A stretch of DNA of 61,500 bases from a virus (taxonomy: Duplodnaviria > Caudoviricetes), in the IMG/VR virus record IMGVR_UViG_3300017740_002729, positions 1 through 61,500 of that record; one strand, written 5' to 3'. The notes beneath the pieces were generated by a model. It ran no database searches, had not been told where the DNA came from, and worked only from the letters and a program-made list of their open reading frames with translations. Position numbers and translations under genes: made by a program. Positions 1 through 9,455 of this stretch are shown here, piece after piece (the stretch's first letter is position 1; the number at the start of each line of letters is the position of its first letter).

Positions 1-1
1 T

Positions 2-235
2 CAAAACTTAACTAAACAACAACTTAGTATGGTATTGGGTAGATTAGGTAAAGGTTCTACTATGATTCTTTGTGGAGACCCTCAACAAATTGATTTAAAG
101 TTTGCTAATGATTCCGCTATACACGAAGTACCAAAGGTTAAAGAATCTAAATATGTTTACTCAGTTAACTTATTAGATAATCATAGACATGAATCGTTAG
201 ATGAAATATTAAGATTACTTCAAGCATATGCGTAA
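2..235 (+). CDS. phoH: PhoH-like ATPase, C-terminal part (5' end outside the window)
   Basis: Frame is open from position 2: QNLTKQQLSMVLGRLGKGS...GDPQQIDL...NHRH, matching PhoH C-terminal motifs (QN, RLG, GDxxQxD). Confidence 0.85.
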   Translation, partial: QNLTKQQLSMVLGRLGKGSTMILCGDPQQIDLKFANDSAIHEVPKVKESKYVYSVNLLDNHRHESLDEILRLLQAYA

Positions 236-713
236 TGTAGATGTAGAACACATATTAGATATTTACAATAAAAAAGATTACTCTAATGATTTTATAAATT
301 ATGATTTAAAATACAAAAGAGTAAAAACGTTATCACTATCATCATTTACTGAATTTGATTTTATTAAAGAATTAATAAATAAAGATGTAAAGAAAATTGA
401 TGAAACTTATGAAGTATCTGAGTTTATAACTTTACTAAAATATGAGAAAGGAAACTTTTTTAGAGAACATACAGATAAGGTAAGTTATACATCCACATCA
501 GCCAATACAATATTATCGGCTGGGTATTTATTAAATGATAACTATAATGGAGGTGATTTTATTATAAATTCTAAAAAACTTAATGTTGGTATAGGGGAAT
601 TATTTACGTTTGGTAGAACTGAACCACATGAAGTAACGGATATTACCGATGGTGTTAGATTATCAATTCACTTTGCAATTAATACAACTCACCAAGCAAC
701 TTCTTTGATATGA
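228..713 (+). CDS. 2OG-Fe(II) oxygenase (prolyl-hydroxylase-like)
   Basis: KYEKGNFFREHTD (HxD), YLLNDNYNGGDF, PHEV (distal His), GVRLS (RxS). Confidence 0.8.
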   Translation: MRNVDVEHILDIYNKKDYSNDFINYDLKYKRVKTLSLSSFTEFDFIKELINKDVKKIDETYEVSEFITLLKYEKGNFFREHTDKVSYTSTSANTILSAGYLLNDNYNGGDFIINSKKLNVGIGELFTFGRTEPHEVTDITDGVRLSIHFAINTTHQATSLI

Positions 714-1432
714 AAATAAAATTAATATGTTGTATAGGATTAGATTATGATACAAAGTTAATAGAACATTTTTGTAAACACTATTCTCAATATAATATTC
801 ACTCGTTTCATTTTATATTAAACAAAAAAGAAAACTTTAAAACAAATGATTATTTAGATTACTTCTTAGATGCAGACCCATTTAATATAACATTTGAAAA
901 GTGGATTGGTGATTTTAATGATATAGATAAAATAGATAAGTTTAATCGCATAATAAAATATTCAGTAGAATCACATATTTTGTTATCTGATATAGATGAA
1001 TTTCAACAACACATTAAACCAATAGAATCCGATTATATATGGGGTAAGTTGATAGATAGAGAACCAATAAGTGGTAAAACAAAAATAGTAACAAAATTTC
1101 CAATAGAAGAGCAGTTTCCAATACAAAGTAATATAAGTAATTGGAAGTATCCAATAAAACCATGTGTATTCCCATCATCAGAAAGATTAGAAAATTCGCA
1201 TCATCTTAAAGATGAATCTAATATATGTGTAAAGTATGCATATGCAAATGAAAATAAAATACAAATTTATCACTACAGATGGACTAGTACTAGATTAAAA
1301 AAATCAAAAGATAGATATAAAATTTTTACTGAAGTAAAAAATTCAAACAAAAGATTTGATAGTGGTCATAGACAATCGTTGGGTGATAGTAAAAAGCTGA
1401 TAGGGTATTTAAAAGATAACACTTTGTTGTAA
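710..1432 (+). CDS. GT-A fold glycosyltransferase (GT2/GT92-like)
   Basis: FCKHY N-terminal motif, LSDIDEF (DxD), late IYHYRW; same pattern as 51909..52763. Confidence 0.6.
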   Translation: MKIKLICCIGLDYDTKLIEHFCKHYSQYNIHSFHFILNKKENFKTNDYLDYFLDADPFNITFEKWIGDFNDIDKIDKFNRIIKYSVESHILLSDIDEFQQHIKPIESDYIWGKLIDREPISGKTKIVTKFPIEEQFPIQSNISNWKYPIKPCVFPSSERLENSHHLKDESNICVKYAYANENKIQIYHYRWTSTRLKKSKDRYKIFTEVKNSNKRFDSGHRQSLGDSKKLIGYLKDNTLL

Positions 1433-2121
1433 TGGAAAATCAAAATTTAAACCAAGCAATTAATTTTAGTAAACAAGTAATATTTGTTGCTATTCCGAAG
1501 TGTGGAACAACCACTATAAGAAAGCAATTAAAAGAATTTCATACCGATAGACCTTTTATCTTAAATTCTCATTTAGATATTCAACAGATAAAACAACTAT
1601 TTTACTTTCAACAATTAAAAAATAGTTTAGAGAAGAATGAAACGTTTCCATCAACTGGAGTTTTAGATAATATAGGAATAAAAAATACAGCAGATGTAAA
1701 TTTTAATAAGATGTTTAAATTTTCATTAGTAAGAAATCCTTGGTCAAGAGTAGTATCGTTGTATCATAGAAGAGAAGGATTAAAATTTGGACAAGATATG
1801 AACTTTACTGAATTTTGTGAAAATATAAAATATGCAAGTGATTCTTGTAGACAGCCAACACTTCATAGAAATCAATTGGATTGGTTAACTGATGAAGATG
1901 GAAATATTGGAGTTGATTACATTGGTAAATTGGAAGAATTTGATAAAGCTATTAAAGATATTTACACTTTAACAAATGGGAGAATAAAATTAACGAACAC
2001 ACCAAAAAATGTAAATCCAGCCTCACCAATCGATTATAAGAAAATGTATAATGATTATACAAAGGTACTTATTGAAAAAACATTTTCCAAAGATATTAGT
2101 TTTTTTAATTATATTTTTTAG
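1432..2121 (+). CDS. Sulfotransferase (Sulfotransfer_2-like)
   Basis: 5'-PSB IPKCGTT, 3'-PB VRNPWSRVVSLY, DYIGKLE, C-terminal FSKDISFFNY. Confidence 0.85.
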   Translation: MENQNLNQAINFSKQVIFVAIPKCGTTTIRKQLKEFHTDRPFILNSHLDIQQIKQLFYFQQLKNSLEKNETFPSTGVLDNIGIKNTADVNFNKMFKFSLVRNPWSRVVSLYHRREGLKFGQDMNFTEFCENIKYASDSCRQPTLHRNQLDWLTDEDGNIGVDYIGKLEEFDKAIKDIYTLTNGRIKLTNTPKNVNPASPIDYKKMYNDYTKVLIEKTFSKDISFFNYIF

Positions 2122-2150
2122 ATAAAATTTCGGTAACTTTATAAATCTTA

Positions 2151-2158
2151 TACTTATA
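2151..2158 (+). promoter_or_regulatory. Putative late promoter, variant TACTTATA
   Basis: One mismatch to the recurrent TATTTATA motif; intergenic, upstream of 2185. Confidence 0.45.
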
Positions 2159-2184
2159 TATGAACAAATAATAGGAGATATATT

Positions 2185-2427
2185 ATGGCAATATTAATTA
2201 AAAAACTTGATGGAACTGTAGAGTTCACAGTAAGTGCAGAAGATTTCACTGTAATGATAGAAGCATCTGAATCAGAAGAGAATGGATTATGTAAACTACC
2301 AAACGATGAGTTAGTAGCTATGTACCACACAACAGAAGTTAACAAAGATACTATCTTAGGTGAATTGGTTGAAGAGCATGGTGCTGATGCAGTTAACTGC
2401 AGATTAGCTGTTGACGAAGCTCTATAG
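2185..2427 (+). CDS. Small acidic hypothetical protein
   Basis: 80-aa ORF with AGGAG at 2173-2177. Confidence 0.75.
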   Translation: MAILIKKLDGTVEFTVSAEDFTVMIEASESEENGLCKLPNDELVAMYHTTEVNKDTILGELVEEHGADAVNCRLAVDEAL

Positions 2428-2430
2428 AAA

Positions 2431-2778
2431 CTACCTAAGTTTCTTTCTTTTTCTTTTAAGTAAATCATCTAATTCAATAGTGATACCAACGGTTATAGCG
2501 CCGTACATACCTGCCGCTATATCATTACCATCTACTTTACCATTATCAATAAAGATTTCTTTAAATGCAGATAATGCTAAAGTTGTTGCCATTGAATAAA
2601 GCACAGCTTTCTCTTTACTTTGAGTTTCTTCAAATATTAAATCGTGAGCGATACTTGTTATAGCAATACCACCAATGTAATGATATACTTTATCTTCTTC
2701 GAAGGTTTTACCGAAAACATTTAATTGAGAAAACGCTAATGTTGGGAATAGTACGAGTAATAGAATTAAGTTCTTCAT
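2431..2778 (-). CDS. Signal-peptide membrane protein, YfiM/DUF2279-like
   Basis: Likely start MKNLILLLVLFPTLAFS (signal peptide); DKVYH...KEIFID...DIAAG pattern; TATTTATT upstream on the minus strand (2836-2829). Confidence 0.6.
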   Translation of the reverse strand: MKNLILLLVLFPTLAFSQLNVFGKTFEEDKVYHYIGGIAITSIAHDLIFEETQSKEKAVLYSMATTLALSAFKEIFIDNGKVDGNDIAAGMYGAITVGITIELDDLLKRKRKKLR

Positions 2779-2856
2779 AATCCTTTTTTTTAACATAATG
2801 TTACACCTGTAACATTTCAATGTACAAAAATAAATATAAAAATAATTACGATTTCC

Positions 2857-2888
2857 CTTGGATATATCATATTTTTTTCGTATATTTA
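2857..2888 (+). promoter_or_regulatory. Bacteroidetes-type (-33/-7) early promoter
   Basis: CTTG-N20-TATATTTA; five copies in the window share the 20-nt spacer. Confidence 0.75.
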
Positions 2889-2923
2889 CTATGTAAATAA
2901 GTTAAAATATAAAAATTAAAATT

Positions 2924-3103
2924 ATGATTAAAGCTATTAAGAGTAAACTATTAACTTACCTATTCAAAGATTGGGTAATGAATGAAACAGATTTAGAAAC
3001 ACTACAAGTATCTAAACAATTTATTAAAAAGAGAGAAATCGAAATCACAGGCCACATACCAGTACTTGGATTTAGGTCACATTTATCTGAAAATAATTCA
3101 TAA
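2924..3103 (+). CDS. Hypothetical protein, 59 aa (not in ORF track)
   Basis: ATG 2924 to TAA 3103, MIKAIKSKLLTYLFKDW...SENNS, directly after an early promoter. Confidence 0.7.
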   Translation: MIKAIKSKLLTYLFKDWVMNETDLETLQVSKQFIKKREIEITGHIPVLGFRSHLSENNS

Positions 3104-3107
3104 AATC

Positions 3108-3139
3108 CTTGGTTATTTGAAAAATATTTCGTATATTTA
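3108..3139 (+). promoter_or_regulatory. Bacteroidetes-type early promoter
   Basis: CTTG-N20-TATATTTA. Confidence 0.75.
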
Positions 3140-3147
3140 CATAGTAA

Positions 3148-3663
3148 ATGAGTGATAATATTAACCCTAACAATAAAAATTTGAACAAAAAGATATTATA
3201 TATCGATATGGATGGTGTATTAGTTGATTTTAATGCAGCTATTACTGATTTCTTAGAAAAGAATCCACACTTAAAAACAAAATTCAAAGGTTGTCCTGAC
3301 CACATACCAGGTATCTTTAGAGAACCTCCTCCAATTAAAGGAGCTATTGAAGCTGTAAAGAAACTACACAATAGTGGTAAGTATGATATGTACATAGCTA
3401 CATCGGCACCTTGGGGTAATCCACAATCACTTACTGATAAAAGATTTTGGATAGAAAAATACTTTGGGAGAATCTTCCACAAAAGATTAGTTACAACTCA
3501 CCAAAAGAATCATTTGATGGGAGATTACCTTATCGATGATAGATTGAAGAATGGTGCTGGTGAATTTACTGGTCAATTACTAAGATACGGAGTAGATTGG
3601 GAGAATGATAATTCACCAAACGAATATCCAACTTGGGATAGTATATTAGATAAATTATTATAA
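3148..3663 (+). CDS. 5'(3')-deoxyribonucleotidase (NT5C, HAD family)
   Basis: YIDMDGVLVDF (HAD motif I), ATSAPW, DKRFW, DYLIDDR. Confidence 0.9.
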   Translation: MSDNINPNNKNLNKKILYIDMDGVLVDFNAAITDFLEKNPHLKTKFKGCPDHIPGIFREPPPIKGAIEAVKKLHNSGKYDMYIATSAPWGNPQSLTDKRFWIEKYFGRIFHKRLVTTHQKNHLMGDYLIDDRLKNGAGEFTGQLLRYGVDWENDNSPNEYPTWDSILDKLL

Positions 3664-4145
3664 TGAAAAATAATCATAGAAAAGAACAAACAGAAAAATT
3701 CGCATTAAGTGGGTTGGCTTTTTGTGGAGTACTTCTCATAGTATTGGTATTGTTTTCATTTCTAACAAGTTGTACAGTTGAAGATGATGATTTACTAACA
3801 CCTCAACCAACCTTAGAGTTGGATGGTAGATTACCAATTGATTCAAATGGCTTTTATCATTTAGAATTAAACGATAGTTCTAATCAAACTATACACACAA
3901 TAAGTGGTACAGTTGGTAATACTCTTTATTGGGATGAACCAATTAAAGTAGAGTGGAATAGTAATTTATATTGGGAATATGAAGGAGAGGATGTAAGTAC
4001 ATCTAATCAAGCATCTTATGTAGTTGATGGTAAAGTTCATAATGTGATAGCACCAATCAATACAATGGTAGGAGATACTCTTATATTAACTGGTATAATC
4101 AGAGAACACTTAGTAAGTAAAACTATTAAATTTGTTTTAGATTGA
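3663..4145 (+). CDS. Putative lipoprotein
   Basis: Hydrophobic segment ending FLTSC (lipobox-like), followed by an acidic beta-rich domain. Confidence 0.6.
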   Translation: MKNNHRKEQTEKFALSGLAFCGVLLIVLVLFSFLTSCTVEDDDLLTPQPTLELDGRLPIDSNGFYHLELNDSSNQTIHTISGTVGNTLYWDEPIKVEWNSNLYWEYEGEDVSTSNQASYVVDGKVHNVIAPINTMVGDTLILTGIIREHLVSKTIKFVLD

Positions 4146-4465
4146 TGAATAGAATAAAACCAATAAAATTACCACAAACTCCGATAACAGATGAAACCTT
4201 TATAAAGCAGGGTTGGAGAAAAGAAGTGGATGATGAAAATCCAAAGGAAGAGGTGTATCAATGGATACTATCTTTACCAAAAGAAAGTAGAGACCCGTAT
4301 TGTTTACAATTAATATCTACGGCAAATACTGATAGATTTCCTGGTATACCTAAAGGAACATATGGTGTTCAACTATTAGATTGTAATGGATTGGGTAGTT
4401 GTCAAACCGAAGAAGAAATAGAAATATTATATAAAACCCTAACTAAAAAATCAATTTATGGTTAA
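4142..4465 (+). CDS. Hypothetical protein
   Basis: ORF overlaps both neighbours in operon fashion. Confidence 0.7.
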   Translation: MMNRIKPIKLPQTPITDETFIKQGWRKEVDDENPKEEVYQWILSLPKESRDPYCLQLISTANTDRFPGIPKGTYGVQLLDCNGLGSCQTEEEIEILYKTLTKKSIYG

Positions 4466-5150
4466 AATAAAGAATTATACAGCAGAACAATTATCAGAAA
4501 ATTATGATAAATTTATCACCGCATTAGAAAAAGTATTTAGTGGTGAACGATTGGAAAAGTTAAAACATATGTACTCAGAAAACGAATTGGGTACTGAATT
4601 AACATTAGCACCAGCAAGTGGTAAACTTAACTTTCATAATTGTTATGAAGGTGGTTATATCGACCACATTATGAATGTAGCTAGGAATGCACACAAAATG
4701 AAAAAACTATTTGTAGAGGGTAATGGATATGTTAACTTTACAGATGAGGAATTGTTCTTTGCTGCATTTCACCACGACTTAGGTAAGCTAGGTGATGGTG
4801 TAGAACCTTACTATGTACCACAAACATCAGAGTGGCATCAGAAGAATAAAAAAGAATACTTTACACATAATCCAAAGTTACAATATTTTGATGTAACCGA
4901 TAGAGCATTTTGGTTATTAAACAAATATGGAATCACTTATACTCAAAAAGAACAATTGGGTATTATGATGGCTGATGGATTGTATAACGAAGCTACTAAA
5001 AAATATTGGATATCTTATAATGAAGATTTCCAACTCAAAACGGATTTACCATATATAATTCACTGGGCTGATTGTATGAGTACTAGACAAGAGAACTCAG
5101 AATACAGAACTAAAAATGGAATGTATGACAAAATGTCAGACAATTTCTAA
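4458..5150 (+). CDS. HD-domain phosphohydrolase
   Basis: APAS...FHNCYEGGYIDH...FHHDLGKLG...IHWAD. Confidence 0.85.
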   Translation: MVKIKNYTAEQLSENYDKFITALEKVFSGERLEKLKHMYSENELGTELTLAPASGKLNFHNCYEGGYIDHIMNVARNAHKMKKLFVEGNGYVNFTDEELFFAAFHHDLGKLGDGVEPYYVPQTSEWHQKNKKEYFTHNPKLQYFDVTDRAFWLLNKYGITYTQKEQLGIMMADGLYNEATKKYWISYNEDFQLKTDLPYIIHWADCMSTRQENSEYRTKNGMYDKMSDNF

Positions 5151-5173
5151 TAAAACCTGACAATTTGTCAGGT
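5126..5173. promoter_or_regulatory. Two TGACA-N3-TGTCA inverted repeats upstream of hsp20
   Basis: TGACAAAATGTCA at 5126-5138; ACCTGACAATTTGTCAGGT at 5155-5173. Confidence 0.6.
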
Positions 5174-5249
5174 GATGATAGTGAATACACCATTGGTATA
5201 GATTTGGTACTATAGAAAGTATATTATTAAAATTCAAATTAAAAAAATT

Positions 5250-5621
5250 ATGGCATTACTATTTAACACTTATTCAAATTCAATTTTTGATGATATCATT
5301 AATGATACATTCAGACCAATTACCAAAACACACAATCAATTTGATGTAGAAGTTTTGGAAAATGGCAAACAAAAAGTTACAATTAATACTACTGGGCATA
5401 ATCCAAAAGATATGACAGTAAATGTTACAGAAGAAAATGTTCACATCAAATCTGAAAGTAAAAGTACTTCTAAATTTGTTGAGGATATTGATTTAACCCT
5501 GACTGTTGGGAAAAACTATGATGGTACGAAATCATCTGCTAGTTTTGAAAATGGTTTACTAACTCTCCTGATTGATAAGAAAGAAAGTAAGAAAGGAAAA
5601 ACTTTAAAAATATCTTATTAA
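5250..5621 (+). CDS. Small heat-shock protein (Hsp20/alpha-crystallin)
   Basis: 123 aa; GHNPKDMTVNV and SASFENGLLTLLI alpha-crystallin motifs. Confidence 0.85.
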   Translation: MALLFNTYSNSIFDDIINDTFRPITKTHNQFDVEVLENGKQKVTINTTGHNPKDMTVNVTEENVHIKSESKSTSKFVEDIDLTLTVGKNYDGTKSSASFENGLLTLLIDKKESKKGKTLKISY

Positions 5622-5640
5622 TCACATTTAATCTTGTAAG

Positions 5641-5668
5641 AAAGGGGGAAGGAAATTCCCCTTTTTTT
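5641..5668 (+). terminator. Rho-independent terminator
   Basis: GGGGAA/TTCCCC stem, GGAAA loop, T7 tail, after hsp20. Confidence 0.85.
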
Positions 5669-5677
5669 ATATTCTAA

Positions 5678-5685
5678 TATTTATA
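5678..5685 (+). promoter_or_regulatory. Putative late promoter TATTTATA
   Basis: Recurrent intergenic motif, just after the terminator. Confidence 0.65.
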
Positions 5686-5709
5686 TAAACACAATAAAAC
5701 GTAAAAAAT

Positions 5710-5889
5710 ATGAAAGATATTTATAAAACGAAGGTTTACGGATTACTAGAAGGTATTCGTTCTCGTGCATCTTTACTCAGTAAAGGAGTTAAAGGTGAAC
5801 AGCAAGTTGACCCAAACATGGCTATTAGGTTATTGCAAGAAATTGAAAAATTGCAAGAAGATGTCAAAGAAATGGTTGACATCTCGTAA
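5710..5889 (+). CDS. Hypothetical protein, 59 aa (not in ORF track)
   Basis: ATG 5710 to TAA 5889, MKDIYKTKVYGLLEGIRSR...EMVDIS; fills the gap better than the 5765..5968 ORF. Confidence 0.75.
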   Translation: MKDIYKTKVYGLLEGIRSRASLLSKGVKGEQQVDPNMAIRLLQEIEKLQEDVKEMVDIS

Positions 5890-5894
5890 GAGAT

Positions 5895-7019
5895 ATGAAA
5901 TTCAGAACATTTTTATTAGGAGTATCAGCATTATTTGTAGCATTCAATGCTGCATTCTTTTCAGTTAGTGGTTTAAGTAAACTATTTGCTGGAGCTGCAT
6001 TCTCTGTAATAATAATGGCAAGTTCATTAGAGCTAGCAAAACTAATTACCGCTGGTTATCTTTACAACTATTGGCAAAAGATAAACAAATCATTTAGAAT
6101 CTATCTAAGTATTGCGGTTCTTATTTTAATCCTTATAACTTCATTGGGTATCTATGGATTCCTAACATCGGCTTTTCAAGATACATTTAATCAATATAGT
6201 ATAAAGGAAAAACAATTAGCATTCTTACAACAAAAAGAACAATTTTGGGGTGATGATGTAGCAAGGTATGATGAAGAACTTAAAAGAATTAGTGGTAACA
6301 TTAGTACTCTTTCTAATGCGAAATCTCAATCAATCCAAGTACGAGACACCTCGGTGGTTGGGGGCGTTAGAACAACCATCTCTACTTCCGAACTTAGGAT
6401 GGCAGCTAAACGTATCGAAGTTGAAGAAGAAAATCGTAAAGGTGTTCAAGCGAAAAGAGAAGTAGCATCGGATTCATTACAATCTATTCAGTTAAAAATA
6501 TTAGATTTAGAATCTATGGAAGGTGTATCATCTGAATTAGGTCCTTTAGAATATCTTAGTGGATTATTAGATAGACCTATGGATGTTATTATTAATTGGT
6601 TTATCTTAATTATTATCTTTGTATTCGACCCATTAGCAGTAGCGCTTGTAATTGCTTTTAACAATGCTTTACAAGTTGATAGGGGTATTGTAGATAAAAA
6701 GAAAGTAATCCGTAAGAGAGAGTTATATGATGAAGAACCTGAAAAAGAAGAACTCTTAGAAGAACCAACCAAACTGCCAGATGAAGCAAGGGGTGTAAAA
6801 CCACCTGAAAAAAAAAAGATTAAACTTTCTAAAGAGGAAATAGAAAAATCTTTAAATAATATGGGAACTCCTCTTATCAGAGCAGCAGAAGAACATTCAA
6901 ACTTTCAAGGAAAACCATATTATGAACACCAAAACTTCGATTGGAAAGTAAAAAAACTTTGGCAAAATGACCCCAAAGCAGTTCAGTATTGGATTAAAAA
7001 TATTAAAAATAAAAAATAA
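5895..7019 (+). CDS. Membrane protein with coiled-coil region
   Basis: Three N-terminal TM segments, long coiled coil, further TM segment (IIFVFDPLAVALVIA). Confidence 0.75.
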   Translation: MKFRTFLLGVSALFVAFNAAFFSVSGLSKLFAGAAFSVIIMASSLELAKLITAGYLYNYWQKINKSFRIYLSIAVLILILITSLGIYGFLTSAFQDTFNQYSIKEKQLAFLQQKEQFWGDDVARYDEELKRISGNISTLSNAKSQSIQVRDTSVVGGVRTTISTSELRMAAKRIEVEEENRKGVQAKREVASDSLQSIQLKILDLESMEGVSSELGPLEYLSGLLDRPMDVIINWFILIIIFVFDPLAVALVIAFNNALQVDRGIVDKKKVIRKRELYDEEPEKEELLEEPTKLPDEARGVKPPEKKKIKLSKEEIEKSLNNMGTPLIRAAEEHSNFQGKPYYEHQNFDWKVKKLWQNDPKAVQYWIKNIKNKK

Positions 7020-7030
7020 TTCAATATTTC

Positions 7031-7062
7031 CTTGGATATTTAATATTATTTTCGTATATTTG
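7031..7062 (+). promoter_or_regulatory. Bacteroidetes-type early promoter
   Basis: CTTG-N20-TATATTTG, exact TAnnTTTG -7 box. Confidence 0.8.
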
Positions 7063-7080
7063 AGTATCAAATAACAAATT

Positions 7081-8028
7081 ATGAATTTAGGATACGCTTG
7101 TATTAATATGACCTTATCAGGTCAAAAACCAAAAGTAACAACAAATCGTAGTATGATTAAAAAAACCTTCAATGAGAAAGGTTTGAATTATGCTGGTGAA
7201 TTAGGTATGTTAAATGCGGCTGATTTGAGTAAGATACTTAAATGGAATGTACAGAACGGAATCAAATGTTTTAGATTATCTTCTGAATTTTTCCCTTGGG
7301 CATCTGAATACAACTTCAAAGATTTACCACAATATGCACGCATCAAAACTTTATTAGCTGGTGCTGGTAATTACGCTAAACAAAATGGATTACGTTTAAC
7401 TTCACATCCAGGTCCGTTCAATGTATTAGTATCTCCGCGTGAGCATGTAGTAGAAAATACAATTACTGACTTACGAATACATGGTGAGATATTTGATATG
7501 TTAGGATTAAGTAGAACTCCTTATAACAAAATCAATATACATTGTAATGGTGTGTATGGTGATAAGATTTCTGCTATGGATAGATTCTGTAAAAACTTTG
7601 AGAGGTTGCCTGAATCAGTTCAGACTCGTTTGACTGTAGAGAATGATGATAAAGCATCTATGTACTCAGTAAAAGATTTGATGTATATACATGAACGTAT
7701 TGGTATTCCTATTGTATTTGATTATCATCACCACAAATTCTGTACAGGTGATTTATCAGAGCAAGAAGCATTAGAACTTGCACTATCAACTTGGCCAAAA
7801 GGTATTACACCAATTGTACATTATTCAGAATCAAAAATGTTGCATGAGGGTAATGAGAAACTAAAACCACAAGCTCACTCCGATTATATTAACTCAATAC
7901 CCAATACATATGGTAATGATGTTGATATTATGGTAGAAGCTAAAGCAAAAGAATTATCTATATTACCATTTATTAATTCAAATAAATGTGAGTATAGTGG
8001 ACTATTAAATACAGCAAGCTATGAATAA
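7081..8028 (+). CDS. uvsE: UV damage endonuclease
   Basis: LGYACIN, FRLSS, HPGPF, ENDD, VFDYHHH, HYSES, AHSDY, MVEAKAKE. Confidence 0.95.
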   Translation: MNLGYACINMTLSGQKPKVTTNRSMIKKTFNEKGLNYAGELGMLNAADLSKILKWNVQNGIKCFRLSSEFFPWASEYNFKDLPQYARIKTLLAGAGNYAKQNGLRLTSHPGPFNVLVSPREHVVENTITDLRIHGEIFDMLGLSRTPYNKINIHCNGVYGDKISAMDRFCKNFERLPESVQTRLTVENDDKASMYSVKDLMYIHERIGIPIVFDYHHHKFCTGDLSEQEALELALSTWPKGITPIVHYSESKMLHEGNEKLKPQAHSDYINSIPNTYGNDVDIMVEAKAKELSILPFINSNKCEYSGLLNTASYE

Positions 8029-8245
8029 AAAAGAATGGCATTGGATGGATAAGATTTCAGGAGAGAACCACTATTATAACGAAGGTAAAGAATATTTAAG
8101 AAAAATGACAAAAGAAGATATAGAATTTAGGCAAGGTAGAAGTAAAAAACAATATGAAAATAATGCAAAGGTTGGATTTTATGCAACAGTTGCATTATTT
8201 TTTACTATACTTAGTATAATCGTTTATGGACTATTAACTGTATGA
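8021..8245 (+). CDS. Small membrane protein
   Basis: C-terminal TM helix; operon overlaps. Confidence 0.65.
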   Translation: MNKKEWHWMDKISGENHYYNEGKEYLRKMTKEDIEFRQGRSKKQYENNAKVGFYATVALFFTILSIIVYGLLTV

Positions 8246-8568
8246 AGCAATTTGAAGATACATACAGACCATTACCCGATGGGTTATCAATAATGGAAAG
8301 TTCAATTGAAGGGTTAGGATTATATGCACAAAGAGATTTTTCTGCTGGAGAAATATTTGGTGAAACGCATGTATTTGCAGTTTCAACTAATAGAAGAGAG
8401 TGGGTACGAACTCCATTAGGTGGATTTATAAATCATAGCGAAAATCCTAATTGCTACATTAGTACCGATACCGAAGAAAGAACATTACACTCTGTAAGAC
8501 CAATAAAGGCAGGAGATGAATTAACAGTATATTATAGGTTCGAATCCTATGATGGAATGACAGCATAA
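8242..8568 (+). CDS. Minimal SET-domain protein (lysine methyltransferase-like)
   Basis: GLGLYA, FINHSENPNC, IKAGDELTVYY. Confidence 0.9.
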   Translation: MKQFEDTYRPLPDGLSIMESSIEGLGLYAQRDFSAGEIFGETHVFAVSTNRREWVRTPLGGFINHSENPNCYISTDTEERTLHSVRPIKAGDELTVYYRFESYDGMTA

Positions 8569-8569
8569 T

Positions 8570-9454
8570 ATGAATACAGTAGATAAACAATATCAGGGGT
8601 TTCTTAGAAAACTCATAATGTATGGACAAGAAAAAGAAGATAGGACTGGAACAGGTACCTTATCTTATTTTGGTGAACAATTCAGACACGATATGAGTAA
8701 AGGGTTTCCTCTTCTTACAACAAAGAAAATGGCAATCAAGTCAATTATGACCGAACTTAAATGGTTCTTAAAAGGTAGAACTGATTTAAGATATTTGTTA
8801 CAGAACGATTGTCATATTTGGACAGGTGATGCTTATAGTAGTTATGTAAGAACTCATCAATGGGAATTAGATGATGATTACTATAAAGATGTTAAAGATT
8901 TTGAAAAAAGAATATTAGAAGATGATGACTTTAGTAAAGTTTGGGGTAACTTAGGATTCATATATGGTAAACAATGGAAGGATTGGGATGGTAAAGACCA
9001 AATCAAAGAATTAATTAAAAATATAAAAGAGAATCCTAATAGTAGAAGATTAATGGTATCAGCGTGGAACGTAGGTGAACTCAGTTTAATGAAACTTCCT
9101 CCTTGTCATTATGGATTCCAATGTTATGTAAACGATGGTAAACTATCTCTAATGTGGAATCAAAGAAGTGTTGATACTTTCTTAGGATTACCATTTAACA
9201 TAGCATCTTATGGGGTGTTATTACTTTTACTATGTAAAGAAACTAATTTAAAACCAGGTGAACTAATCGGTTCATTGGGTGATACTCATTTATACAAAAA
9301 TCATTTAGAACAAGCACACGAACAAATTAAGAGAGATTCATTTAAATTACCAACAATTAGATTGGATAATGTAAATGTATTAGAAGGTGAGTTTGATTAT
9401 AAGATTTTAAATTATGAATCACACTCATCGATTAAAGCACCATTAAGTAATTAA
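8570..9454 (+). CDS. thyA: Thymidylate synthase
   Basis: DRTGTGT, FPLLTTKK, SRR, LPPCH, QRSVDTFLGLPFNIASY, DTHLYKNH. Confidence 0.97.
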   Translation: MNTVDKQYQGFLRKLIMYGQEKEDRTGTGTLSYFGEQFRHDMSKGFPLLTTKKMAIKSIMTELKWFLKGRTDLRYLLQNDCHIWTGDAYSSYVRTHQWELDDDYYKDVKDFEKRILEDDDFSKVWGNLGFIYGKQWKDWDGKDQIKELIKNIKENPNSRRLMVSAWNVGELSLMKLPPCHYGFQCYVNDGKLSLMWNQRSVDTFLGLPFNIASYGVLLLLLCKETNLKPGELIGSLGDTHLYKNHLEQAHEQIKRDSFKLPTIRLDNVNVLEGEFDYKILNYESHSSIKAPLSN

Positions 9455-9455
9455 T

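Noticed and set aside
5765-5968. 67-aa ORF from the track
   Set aside because: Overlaps 5895..7019 extensively; the 59-aa ORF at 5710..5889 fits the promoter and gene spacing better
8570-9454. Possible group I intron or intein in thyA (a common site in T4-like phages)
   Set aside because: The ORF is continuous, of normal length, with all motifs in order
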